In this document: positions 19,629 through 27,985 of the stretch, piece by piece
How positions within the stretch are numbered: the stretch's first letter is position 1
How the letters are laid out: the number at the start of each line of letters is the position of its first letter
Virus record (IMG/VR): IMGVR_UViG_3300047400_000334
Location: 1-28,892 of that record
DNA from: a virus
Lineage: Duplodnaviria; Caudoviricetes
DNA: 28,892 bases
Reading direction: 5' to 3' (one strand)
Made by a program: the position numbers and the translations under genes
The notes under the pieces: model-generated
Seen by the model: only the letters and a program-made list of their open reading frames with translations
Told to the model about the DNA's origin: nothing
Database searches by the model: none

Positions 19629-20620
19629 CTAAGATTCTGCTTATTGGCGATCCTCATATACGGCATACTCATCTATCTGAGGGCAAAGCGCTTTTGGAGT
19701 GGATCGAAAAGGTTACAGAAGAGCATAAACCGGATCTTATAGTCAACCTCGGCGATACGTTCAATGACCATTCCGTAATACGTGCCGAAGTCATGTGCAC
19801 GGTCTCCAGGCATCTCGACCGACTTCTAGAGAACAATATACCAGTAATAATGGTCTTAGGCAACCACGATATGCATCGCCCTAACTCAAGCGAGTATCAT
19901 GCATTAGAAGTTTTTGATAGCAAAAAGAACTTAACGGTGGCAGATGTTGTCACTGTTGCGGACGGTATCACGTACGTTCCATATATTCATGAGGCTAAAG
20001 ACTGGCCTAAAACATCTACAGACATAATAATCACGCACAACACCTTCATAGGCGCAGACTATGGATTCAAAATGGCTTCTGACGGACTCTCGACTGAACA
20101 GCTGGATTGCAACTTTGTCGCGTCTGGGCATATTCACAAGAAGCAAGTTCTTGAATATGGATCGCTTCGAACTGGCCGAATTTTATACCCAGGTACGCCT
20201 ATGTGCTTATCGGCAAGCGATGCAGATCAGGTCAAAGGATTAACGATTCTAAACACAGACGATCTATCCCAGACATTTATAAAATCTCCGTTTCCTATGT
20301 GGCGTACCTTAGATTTTAAGGTTGGTTTCGATTCGTCGATAAACATAAACTCTACTGATATGTGGATAGTTAAGGTAATAGGACCAAGGGCAGAGGTTAA
20401 GGCTTTACTAGAATCAAAAGAGATCGTTGACCTTAAAAAATCAGCTCATGTTACTTTTAAAACAGAATTTACAGACGCAAGTAAGACCTCTAGAGTGTCG
20501 ATATCTGCCCCAACTATAGAGACAATGACAGATCAGTATATAGATAAAGTATACTCTGGATCAATAGATAAAGATGACCTTAAGTCAACTATAAGACATT
20601 ACACAGGAATAAACAGATGA
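19625..20620 (+). CDS. Mre11/SbcD (T4 gp47-like) nuclease
   Basis: IGDPH, LGDTF, GNHD, TH, SGHIH and YPGTP motifs. Confidence 0.9.
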   Translation: MTKILLIGDPHIRHTHLSEGKALLEWIEKVTEEHKPDLIVNLGDTFNDHSVIRAEVMCTVSRHLDRLLENNIPVIMVLGNHDMHRPNSSEYHALEVFDSKKNLTVADVVTVADGITYVPYIHEAKDWPKTSTDIIITHNTFIGADYGFKMASDGLSTEQLDCNFVASGHIHKKQVLEYGSLRTGRILYPGTPMCLSASDADQVKGLTILNTDDLSQTFIKSPFPMWRTLDFKVGFDSSININSTDMWIVKVIGPRAEVKALLESKEIVDLKKSAHVTFKTEFTDASKTSRVSISAPTIETMTDQYIDKVYSGSIDKDDLKSTIRHYTGINR

Positions 20621-21042
20621 ACGAGATGCCTAATCAATACCTGGACCAACAGCGCTGGTTGATGAACAATGGCTTATTTACTGATAATGCAAAAGACACA
20701 CTTTTTCTATACGGGTCTATAGTAAATAAAGGCGTTACAGCACTCGAACTATCGATAGATTCAGAGAATAAGCACATATCATATGTGCTTTATGGTGCTT
20801 CATCCCTTGTCAGGGATTATAATAAGTATCAAGAGCTCAAGAATTCTAATTCGATGTGGAGCATGCTAAGGATTAAGCGCCTCCTTAAGAAAAATGGTAA
20901 TCTTGAACTTAAGCAGATATTGTCTGCTTTTGTAAAGGCTTATTGCGGTCCAGGGTGGACTACAGAAATGATGTTGAAGAAAAGCGCAGATTATGAAGAT
21001 AAAAGATCCACATCTACTGATGGTGAAGCAAAAGATAGATGA
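20617..21042 (+). CDS. Hypothetical protein
   Basis: ATGA coupling to the upstream gene. Confidence 0.65.
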   Translation: MNEMPNQYLDQQRWLMNNGLFTDNAKDTLFLYGSIVNKGVTALELSIDSENKHISYVLYGASSLVRDYNKYQELKNSNSMWSMLRIKRLLKKNGNLELKQILSAFVKAYCGPGWTTEMMLKKSADYEDKRSTSTDGEAKDR

Positions 21043-21424
21043 GCTGTCTTTAAGCGAGGATGACCGTCAAGATCTTTGGGTCTCGTATCTAGAGGACCCT
21101 ACTTCTACCCTGCCAACAGCTGAGCATATCGCTTTCAACAATCACATTAGTGAAAAGATAACTAATAATATTATATATTTATACAATTCCACGCTTAAAG
21201 TCGGATCTGTTCAGAACACCCTATATACGTTTACTGACTTAGAAAGATCTGTTATAGTGATGCTCTTGCTAGGGCTTTCCATAGACCAGATATCAAGGTA
21301 TAAGATGATAGGATCACTGCGTCTTAATCAGATGCTGTGTAATATCGCATTACACCCGATCTGGGAGAATTTAAGTGCTAAAGAAAAGATTGAGCGCAGA
21401 GGAAAAGTACGGCCTGACGGGTGA
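20993..21424 (+). CDS. Small sigma-70-like / region-4 HTH protein
   Basis: DDRQDLWVSYLE (region 2-like) and FTDLERSVIVMLLLGLSIDQIS (region 4 HTH-like). Confidence 0.5.
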   Translation: MKIKDPHLLMVKQKIDELSLSEDDRQDLWVSYLEDPTSTLPTAEHIAFNNHISEKITNNIIYLYNSTLKVGSVQNTLYTFTDLERSVIVMLLLGLSIDQISRYKMIGSLRLNQMLCNIALHPIWENLSAKEKIERRGKVRPDG

Positions 21425-21995
21425 TCAGATCGTAGAGGCAGAGAAATATCTGCGTCAATATAAGACCGCCGGCGCCATAAACAAGCAAGAAGCCACCCCG
21501 ATATACGAGATGTTCCTCCTCGGATACAGCTTCGACGAGCTCGCCGTAAAGTTTCCAAAATACTCAAGAAGCAAGATCACTCTAACTGCCGCACTTCATG
21601 GATGGGCAAAAGATAGAGAGAAGCTGGCAAATTCCATATACGATCGGATAAAGACCCGCATCGTTCGCTCCACTGTAGAACAGGTCGAGTTCCTCACGGA
21701 CATGATAGCAGTTTCTTCAGCTGAGAACTCAGAAGAGATGCGAAAGTACCTAGAAGATCCAAAGAAAAATCCTATTCCAGCGATGAGAATCAAGAGCTTC
21801 AAAGAGTACCAGCAGGTCATAGAGATGCTGTCCAAGGTTACTGAATCGGTGCGCTCGTTCTCTAATACTTCAAACAAAGAAACCGACCAGCAAAAGCCGC
21901 AGCGCATACAAGCAGCGGGAAAGAAGGCGATTCCAGCTGCATCGGAAGAATCCATGCTCCTTGAGCAGCTTGTTCAGGTAGATCACGATGAGTGA
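21375..21995 (+). CDS. Probable terminase small subunit (HTH plus helical region)
   Basis: HTH-like YEMFLLGYSFDELAVKF...HGWAKDRE; immediately upstream of and overlapping terL-N; GTG start after GGGAG. Confidence 0.55.
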   Translation: MLKKRLSAEEKYGLTGDQIVEAEKYLRQYKTAGAINKQEATPIYEMFLLGYSFDELAVKFPKYSRSKITLTAALHGWAKDREKLANSIYDRIKTRIVRSTVEQVEFLTDMIAVSSAENSEEMRKYLEDPKKNPIPAMRIKSFKEYQQVIEMLSKVTESVRSFSNTSNKETDQQKPQRIQAAGKKAIPAASEESMLLEQLVQVDHDE

Positions 21996-22929
21996 TAAGA
22001 ACTGTACAGTTGAGGGTTGCGCGCGTCCGGTGAAGGCTCGCGGGCTTTGCGCTGCTCATTATAAGGCTATCATCGACAAGCCAAAGATAAAAGCAAAGAA
22101 GCAGCAAGAGTCAAAAGCGGCAAGAATCCAGCAGGTCGATAGAAAGATCGCGGAAAACGCAACGAAGTTCTCTCCTGATCAGCTTGAACGGATAATGCTT
22201 AGCCCGTGTAGGACAGAGAAAGATCTTAAGAACTTCATTCGTTATTTCTTCAACTTGCACCTGCCGGATTACAAGGTATCAAGATACGCAGATACAACAC
22301 CTTTTCATGCTATATGGGAAGTATACGACATATGCGTAAACAGTCATAATCCGCAAAACGTTCAAGAATTACTATATGTTGCAGGTCGTGGTAGCGGGAA
22401 GACCCTCGGCATGGCGATAGCAGAACTACTAGTATTGCTACACGATCAGCGAGATGTAGTTCACGTCGGTGCGATCTTGTCTCAGGCAAAGCGCTGCTAC
22501 GAATACCAGCAAAAGTTCCTGATGTCCGACAGGATCAAGCCGATAGTTTCTCCTCCTAAAGCAAATGATGTAGATCGAATATTAGAAAAATTCACCATGG
22601 AAAAATCTGTATTTAATGTAAGTGGAGAAAAGGTAACGCTTGAAGTAATACCGTGTACACTTAAGGCGTGCCTAGTTTCTTCTACTAACGCGTTAGATAT
22701 CAACGGTATAATCAAACCATTGTCAGATTTTAAACCAGGAGATTTGATTCAAAATAGTAGCGGTTTTGTTCAGGTCGTAGACAACTCACTAGAAGATGCT
22801 AATTGTTTAAGAGTAGAACTTGAGGACGGTAGGATTATTGAGGGCACTTTGGACCATAAAGTGCTAACTCAGCGCGGATGGGTTGAACTACAACATTTGA
22901 ACGAAGACGACGACGTAAATATAAATTAA
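21988..22929 (+). CDS. terL: Terminase large subunit N-terminal fragment (227 aa) fused to split intein N-half (86 aa)
   Basis: Walker A AGRGSGKT, then the chain switches at TLKA|CLVSST to a Hint domain with block B GTLDHKVLT..GW. Confidence 0.9.
   Translation: MSDKNCTVEGCARPVKARGLCAAHYKAIIDKPKIKAKKQQESKAARIQQVDRKIAENATKFSPDQLERIMLSPCRTEKDLKNFIRYFFNLHLPDYKVSRYADTTPFHAIWEVYDICVNSHNPQNVQELLYVAGRGSGKTLGMAIAELLVLLHDQRDVVHVGAILSQAKRCYEYQQKFLMSDRIKPIVSPPKANDVDRILEKFTMEKSVFNVSGEKVTLEVIPCTLKACLVSSTNALDINGIIKPLSDFKPGDLIQNSSGFVQVVDNSLEDANCLRVELEDGRIIEGTLDHKVLTQRGWVELQHLNEDDDVNIN
22669..22926 (+). mobile_element. Split intein N-fragment (IntN)
   Basis: Begins with Cys1 (CL), has F.PGD, block B TxxH and GWV.L..L; 16 D/E versus 6 K/R; followed by a stop. 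Confidence 0.9.
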
Positions 22930-22945
22930 ATATCTAGAGAGCGCC

Positions 22946-23494
22946 ATGGCAATAGTTGTACCTAAGAAATTTCATATTAAGTTGCCAAGATTATTGGTGT
23001 TTATGATCTGTAAATATTTGATGAAAAGTTTAAACATAAATTCATATGTAATTGCAGGATCTTATCGTAGAAAAAAGAAATTATGTAATGATATCGATAT
23101 AGTTTTGCCTATAGAAAATATGGTTGATATAGACGCTAAAATGAAATCTAAAGGATGGCGGTTGAATCCATTTAGAAATCATGAAGCTACATTTAGTAGA
23201 CAATATATTAAACTTATTAAGTTTTTTAATATAAGAAAAACAATCGTAATAGACATAATGCCCTACAGATCTGATAATTTAGGCAATGTACTTGTTTTTG
23301 CGACTGGCTCAAAGAATCACAATGATATAATTAGGAAAAGATTGAGAGATAGAAATATGTCTTGGTCTGATCCAGGTTGTTTTTTAAACACTAAAACAGG
23401 CGAAAAGATTTGCTTCAATTCTGAAAAAGAAGTATTTCTGTATCTAGATATGCCCAGCACTTCTCCGGAGAATCGAGATGGAACGTTTAATTAA
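22946..23494 (+). CDS. Minimal family X DNA polymerase (Pol beta-like nucleotidyltransferase)
   Basis: IAGSYRR...NDIDIV, third Asp in IDI, FATGSKNHN, and C-terminal SEKEVF.YL...SPENR, all Pol X hallmarks; only 182 aa. Confidence 0.88.
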   Translation: MAIVVPKKFHIKLPRLLVFMICKYLMKSLNINSYVIAGSYRRKKKLCNDIDIVLPIENMVDIDAKMKSKGWRLNPFRNHEATFSRQYIKLIKFFNIRKTIVIDIMPYRSDNLGNVLVFATGSKNHNDIIRKRLRDRNMSWSDPGCFLNTKTGEKICFNSEKEVFLYLDMPSTSPENRDGTFN

Positions 23495-24356
23495 GAATGC
23501 ATTAGGTCAATGGAAGATTTTAAAACAAAATACTTTAAATAAAGCTTGGGTAGATGACGAATCTCAATCTACTCCAGCTCGTAAATTAGCACAAACCCAC
23601 CCTACTCTGGCGCATGCCTTTTATGGCAAAGGACCAAGAGCTAACTTTGAACAGCAGATGGAAAATAGAAAAAAGCTAGATGGAATGTTTAAGGGTCTAA
23701 AAGATGCATACGACGGCGGCTCCTCTAGAGCAGTCGATCATCATCTTGCAAACATAAGAGGTCTTGTTTCTTCGACTCCAACTGGTCAAATAGATTTAGG
23801 GCATCTTTCTAAAAAACAAGATGAAATAGCGGGCCATATCGCTCCAATGATGGATAGTGGAAAATTATTAACAAATAGTCACAACACTTTCGATAGATAT
23901 AGTCATAATGATCTACTGCATGCGTTTGATAAACACTTGGGCGACATAGATAGTTTGAAAGAACTACACGACGAACATGGTGAGGATGCAGTTGCAGGGA
24001 TAGCTCGCGCTCATGGTTCTCATATAGATTATTATGGTGATACTGCGTTTAAACAACACACAAACTTAAAAGATAAAAACAACCTACTTGGCGACGTCCA
24101 CGCTTTTATTAACGGAGCCTATGGTCATCACGCCAACATAGTGCCAAGTCAGACTGATCATGCTGAACCTTATTTTGAGTGGGCGCCTGGTGGTAGTCAT
24201 GATCCAGATAATGAGAAGAATGGTGAGGCTGTTACTCATGCGTGGCATCAATTTTTAGACAATGACGCTACTAGATCAGCCTCTAGAGATTTTGATAACG
24301 CAGTAGTAAAGCGCGGCATGTCTAATTTTAAACATGCCCATGGCATACCGAAATAA
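23478..24356 (+). CDS. His/Asp-rich hypothetical protein with N-terminal GQW motif
   Basis: GGAG RBS at 23467-23470; no family recognised. Confidence 0.7.
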   Translation: MERLIKNALGQWKILKQNTLNKAWVDDESQSTPARKLAQTHPTLAHAFYGKGPRANFEQQMENRKKLDGMFKGLKDAYDGGSSRAVDHHLANIRGLVSSTPTGQIDLGHLSKKQDEIAGHIAPMMDSGKLLTNSHNTFDRYSHNDLLHAFDKHLGDIDSLKELHDEHGEDAVAGIARAHGSHIDYYGDTAFKQHTNLKDKNNLLGDVHAFINGAYGHHANIVPSQTDHAEPYFEWAPGGSHDPDNEKNGEAVTHAWHQFLDNDATRSASRDFDNAVVKRGMSNFKHAHGIPK

Positions 24357-24378
24357 CTATATCTTAGCTTTTCTATAT

Positions 24379-24428
24379 TGCAGTTATATGCGTTATACAC
24401 AAATGTATAACTATTAAGTATAACTGCA
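24379..24428. repeat. Nested inverted repeat containing two GTATAAC boxes upstream of intC-terL
   Basis: TGCAGTTATA (24379-24388)/TATAACTGCA (24419-24428) enclosing GTTATACA (24392-24399)/TGTATAAC (24404-24411). Confidence 0.75.
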
Positions 24429-24430
24429 TT

Positions 24431-25975
24431 TTGGAGAAGTTAAAATTGGCTAAGATAAAAAGCAAAATACATATAGGTATCAAGCAGATCGCCAAGCTAG
24501 AAGTAAAAGCAGCTGACGGTATTGATGATATTCTTTCAAATTCTTTCGTAACTATCGATGGAACTATAAATCACAACTGCAATGGTCCCCACGTGCCCTT
24601 GGTAGTAGTCGACGAGATAGATACGGTATCCGGCGAAGGCTTAAGGGCCTACAAAGAGATCTCTGGTATGCTTGACTCTAAGCGTGGAAGAAAGCCGCTT
24701 AGAGTTGGTATCTCTACACGTAAGTCTCGTTATGGGCTCATGAATCAGGCAATAGAGAATGCAGAGAAGCAAGGAAGGCATGTTCGTCGATGGACTGCGT
24801 TCGAGTTTACTGAGCGATGTCCGGATTCCAGGTCTGGAACGCAGAAGCAAGAATACTACATCGATCAGCAGTCATTTGACGTAAGATCGCCGTCTGAGTA
24901 CGAGAAGCTTGGCGAGCAGCGAAAGAAAGAGTACGAGAAGTACGAGATGTATATCGGCTGCGGAAAGTGTCCGCTGGCTCCTATATGTCTGGGTGATGCT
25001 AAGAATCAAGTATCAGAATCGCCGATGTTAAAGTCCATAGACGAGCTTGCGCAGAAGGTTCTTTCCGAGGGACCAGATTGGGCGATGTCGCAGTTGATGA
25101 ACCTAAAGCCTTCCGTAGAAGGGATCATATATAAAGAGTTCGACGAGCGACTTCATGTTAAAACGTGGAATCAGATGTGGTTCACTTTAACCGGTAAAGA
25201 GTTTCCAGGAACTTGCAACCATGACATCTTCGTAAAGAAATGCCACAGCATGGGTCTTCCAGCTTATGCCGGCATCGACTGGGGATGGTCAAATCCGCAT
25301 ACGCTAGTAGTGTTCTTCGTGGACTCTAAGGAAAACATCTACGTGGTCAGATGCGACGGTATGACTTATATCTCACGGCCTACGTGGATGCACCATATCA
25401 AAAACAAGTGGCATCAACCGTATCGCATACAGCTCTACTTTCCTGACCAGGCTGATCCTGGCGATGCAGTAGAGATGCGTAAGCTCGGTCTTCCTACGTC
25501 GACCAACACCGACAAGGGAAACATCAACACAGGCATCCAGATCACCAAGAAGTGGCTTAAGATACCAGGCACGGCAGAGACGAAGATCTTCATGGCACAG
25601 GAAACCTGCGGGCCTTTGATAAAAGAGTTTCAACTTTATCACTACAAGACCGACGCTGCAGGCCAGATATCAGATACGCCAGAGGGTGAGCACGATCACT
25701 GGTTAGATGCACTTAGATATCCACTTACTAATCTTTTCGGTAAAAATCAAGTCGTCCTGTCATCTGCAGGTCTAGACGTTGATATGGCCAAACTTGTTGA
25801 TAGTTCTGGCAATTTTTTTAAACCACCAACGCCAGAAGAGTACGCCAAACTAAATAACTTACCGTTTAATCCGGAGGTTAATGATGACAAGCTTGGTAAA
25901 ATAGGAAGGCTGTCGGAGATAGAGGGCGACGACGAAGAGAATCCCGTAGATGGCGGCTTTCTCTGGACATTCTGA
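24431..25975 (+). CDS. terL: Split intein C-half fused to terminase large subunit C-terminal fragment (465 aa)
   Basis: After HN|C come Walker B VVVDEID, coupling motif ISTR, and nuclease motifs AGIDWG and DHWLDALRY. Confidence 0.92.
   Translation: MEKLKLAKIKSKIHIGIKQIAKLEVKAADGIDDILSNSFVTIDGTINHNCNGPHVPLVVVDEIDTVSGEGLRAYKEISGMLDSKRGRKPLRVGISTRKSRYGLMNQAIENAEKQGRHVRRWTAFEFTERCPDSRSGTQKQEYYIDQQSFDVRSPSEYEKLGEQRKKEYEKYEMYIGCGKCPLAPICLGDAKNQVSESPMLKSIDELAQKVLSEGPDWAMSQLMNLKPSVEGIIYKEFDERLHVKTWNQMWFTLTGKEFPGTCNHDIFVKKCHSMGLPAYAGIDWGWSNPHTLVVFFVDSKENIYVVRCDGMTYISRPTWMHHIKNKWHQPYRIQLYFPDQADPGDAVEMRKLGLPTSTNTDKGNINTGIQITKKWLKIPGTAETKIFMAQETCGPLIKEFQLYHYKTDAAGQISDTPEGEHDHWLDALRYPLTNLFGKNQVVLSSAGLDVDMAKLVDSSGNFFKPPTPEEYAKLNNLPFNPEVNDDKLGKIGRLSEIEGDDEENPVDGGFLWTF
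24446..24577 (+). mobile_element. Split intein C-fragment (IntC)
   Basis: Basic N-terminus AKIKSKIHIGIKQ; ends DGTINHN followed by Cys+1 (24578-24580); TTG 24446 has GGAG 9 nt upstream (alternative start TTG 24431). Confidence 0.88.
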
Positions 25976-25978
25976 CAA

Positions 25979-25985
25979 GTATAAT
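25979..25985 (+). promoter_or_regulatory. GTATAAT -10-like box upstream of the portal gene
   Basis: Same heptamer as at 8967, 11591, 16445 and 27999. Confidence 0.55.
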
Positions 25986-26014
25986 AAAATCATACGTATA
26001 TTTTGGGAGATCCT

Positions 26015-27973
26015 ATGTCCTGGATTGACGATATTAAGAAAGCGGTAACTGATTCCCTTAAGCAGGACATAGAGAACTTGACTAAAGTCGATGCGGACTC
26101 TGCGCCAGACAACGCACCAGAATCTTCAGAAGGATCACTCGTAGGATCAAAGGCTATTCTGACAGATCCTTTCTACGATCATGCTGTTCATAACTACTTT
26201 CTTGCTAAAAGTCGTGTATCTAGGATATCAAACCGTACGCTAAGAGAGATCTCGATGCGGGACTGGTTGGTTAACACGATACTTCAGATTCGCTGCGACA
26301 CTGTTCAGCGCTTCTCTCGTCCTCAGCATAAGCGCTTTGATATGGGTTATAAGTTTGTTAAAGTCGATCATAGCCCTATCTCTCAGGAAGATCTTGATAA
26401 TATAAGAATGCTTGAAGACTATGTTTATCATTGCGGAAGAATAGACGGAACCCCAAAAGGCGAGGAGATGCTTTTTGGCGAATTTGTTAAGTTAATAGTA
26501 TGGGACATACTTACCTTTGGTCATGTGGCGTGCGAGAAAGTTCTTACCAGAAAGGGTGGTTTACACCGATTTCGTCCGCTACCGGCAGAGACCGTCTATC
26601 GCGTAAATCCTAATATCAATCGCAACACCGTTGAAGGGCAGGCTAAAGTCGCCATGGATCTTTATCATAAGAAAAGATCCGACAACGATCCAGCGCATCA
26701 GGGCACAGTAAATAGCCCTGATATCGATTACTTTAAGTATGTTCAACAATCAGTTGACAACAGAGTGATCAACGTCTTCGGTGACGAGGACATGGTTTTT
26801 AAGCTCTTCAATCCTAAGAATTTTGCTGACTCAAACGGTTACGCTATCTCGATGGTCGAGCAGTCCGTTATCATGATAACTAATCATCTTAACGTAGAGT
26901 CTTATAATGCGAACTATTTCACTCATGGATACGCGGCACGTGGGATACTTCACCTCAAGGGTACGGTTACTCAAAACACTCTCGCGTCTTTCCGTCGCCA
27001 GTTCTATAACACTATATCGGGCTCAAATAACGCTTGGCGAACACCAATAGTAGCAGGCTTAGACGACGTCCAATGGATTCCGATGTCTGGATCTGCAAAA
27101 GAGATGGAGTACATCAACTTCAACTCGCACATCATGCGAAGCATATGTGCTCAGTTTCAAATTGACCCGATAGAAGTCGGCTTAGATTATTTGACTACTG
27201 CTAACGGCAGAGCAGCATCTCAGGCGAAAGAGTCTGGGCAGTTTAAGATCACTTACTCTCGCGAGCGCGGTCTTCTTCCTATTCTCTTCTTCATAGAAGA
27301 TCTAATAAATCAAGATATCACACCTTCTTTAGACCAAGAGCTTGCAAAACGATACAAATTTAAATTCGTTGGATATACAGACGACACTCCTCAGACCGAC
27401 ATCTCACTGCGTCAGGCTCAGATGACGGTTTTCTCGAGCATGAACGATCTCTTAAAGAACGAAGATAAAAAACCTATAGAACACCCAATTGCAAATCTTC
27501 CTTTAAATCAAAGCTTCTGGGCGCTAGTCGACAAGATGATGACTAAAGGAGAGCAGAGGGAGTTCTTCTTTAACGATCAGGGCGCCACTCAGCGCGATGA
27601 ACTTAAGTATCTGCCAGGCGATCCTATGTTCTTGCAGTGGCAGAATATGATCATGACCAAGCAAGCTCAGAAAGAAGCAAAAGAGCAACAACAGCAGCAA
27701 CAGCAGCAGCAAGTAGAGATGCAGCAGCAGCAGATGCAGATGCAGCAACAGCAGATGGATCACGAGCACGGAATCCAGAAACAACAGGTCAACGATCAAT
27801 CTGAACGTCAGAAGCAGGCAGATGCTCAAACAGCAGTTAGAGCAGGTCAAGAGTCTCCGGTTCAGCAGCTGCAAGAAACTGCAAAACAATACGGCGCGAC
27901 TCAGGCTTCAAACGTAGAAGGCAAGATGCTCCGTAATCCTATAAATGTAGCAGCTGACATCGATAAAGAGTGA
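26015..27973 (+). CDS. Portal protein (HK97-family-like) with poly-Gln C-terminal tail
   Basis: Follows terL; NYFTHGYAARGIL, FYNTISGSNNAWRTPIV, KEMEY and ICAQFQIDPIEVG are portal patterns; start ATG 26015 after GGGAG. Confidence 0.88.
   Translation: MSWIDDIKKAVTDSLKQDIENLTKVDADSAPDNAPESSEGSLVGSKAILTDPFYDHAVHNYFLAKSRVSRISNRTLREISMRDWLVNTILQIRCDTVQRFSRPQHKRFDMGYKFVKVDHSPISQEDLDNIRMLEDYVYHCGRIDGTPKGEEMLFGEFVKLIVWDILTFGHVACEKVLTRKGGLHRFRPLPAETVYRVNPNINRNTVEGQAKVAMDLYHKKRSDNDPAHQGTVNSPDIDYFKYVQQSVDNRVINVFGDEDMVFKLFNPKNFADSNGYAISMVEQSVIMITNHLNVESYNANYFTHGYAARGILHLKGTVTQNTLASFRRQFYNTISGSNNAWRTPIVAGLDDVQWIPMSGSAKEMEYINFNSHIMRSICAQFQIDPIEVGLDYLTTANGRAASQAKESGQFKITYSRERGLLPILFFIEDLINQDITPSLDQELAKRYKFKFVGYTDDTPQTDISLRQAQMTVFSSMNDLLKNEDKKPIEHPIANLPLNQSFWALVDKMMTKGEQREFFFNDQGATQRDELKYLPGDPMFLQWQNMIMTKQAQKEAKEQQQQQQQQQVEMQQQQMQMQQQQMDHEHGIQKQQVNDQSERQKQADAQTAVRAGQESPVQQLQETAKQYGATQASNVEGKMLRNPINVAADIDKE
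27686..27757 (+). repeat. CAG/CAA trinucleotide tract encoding Q9-VEM-Q4-MQM-Q4-M
   Basis: Direct sequence inspection. Confidence 0.9.
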
Positions 27974-27985
27974 TATTTTCAACGG

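Noticed and set aside
5647-20620. Separation of the Rad50-like and Mre11-like genes by ~12 kb as a novel arrangement
   Set aside because: Gene order shuffling is common in large phages, and both genes look intact
23478-24356. Homing endonuclease call for the His-rich ORF
   Set aside because: No LAGLIDADG, GIY-YIG, convincing HNH spacing or Cys pairs (the protein has no Cys)
22669-24577. Group I/II intron or frameshifted pseudogene as the explanation for the broken terL
   Set aside because: Both breakpoints coincide exactly with intein protein motifs (Cys1, and His-Asn followed by Cys), and both halves are intact ORFs; no intron core structure was noticed
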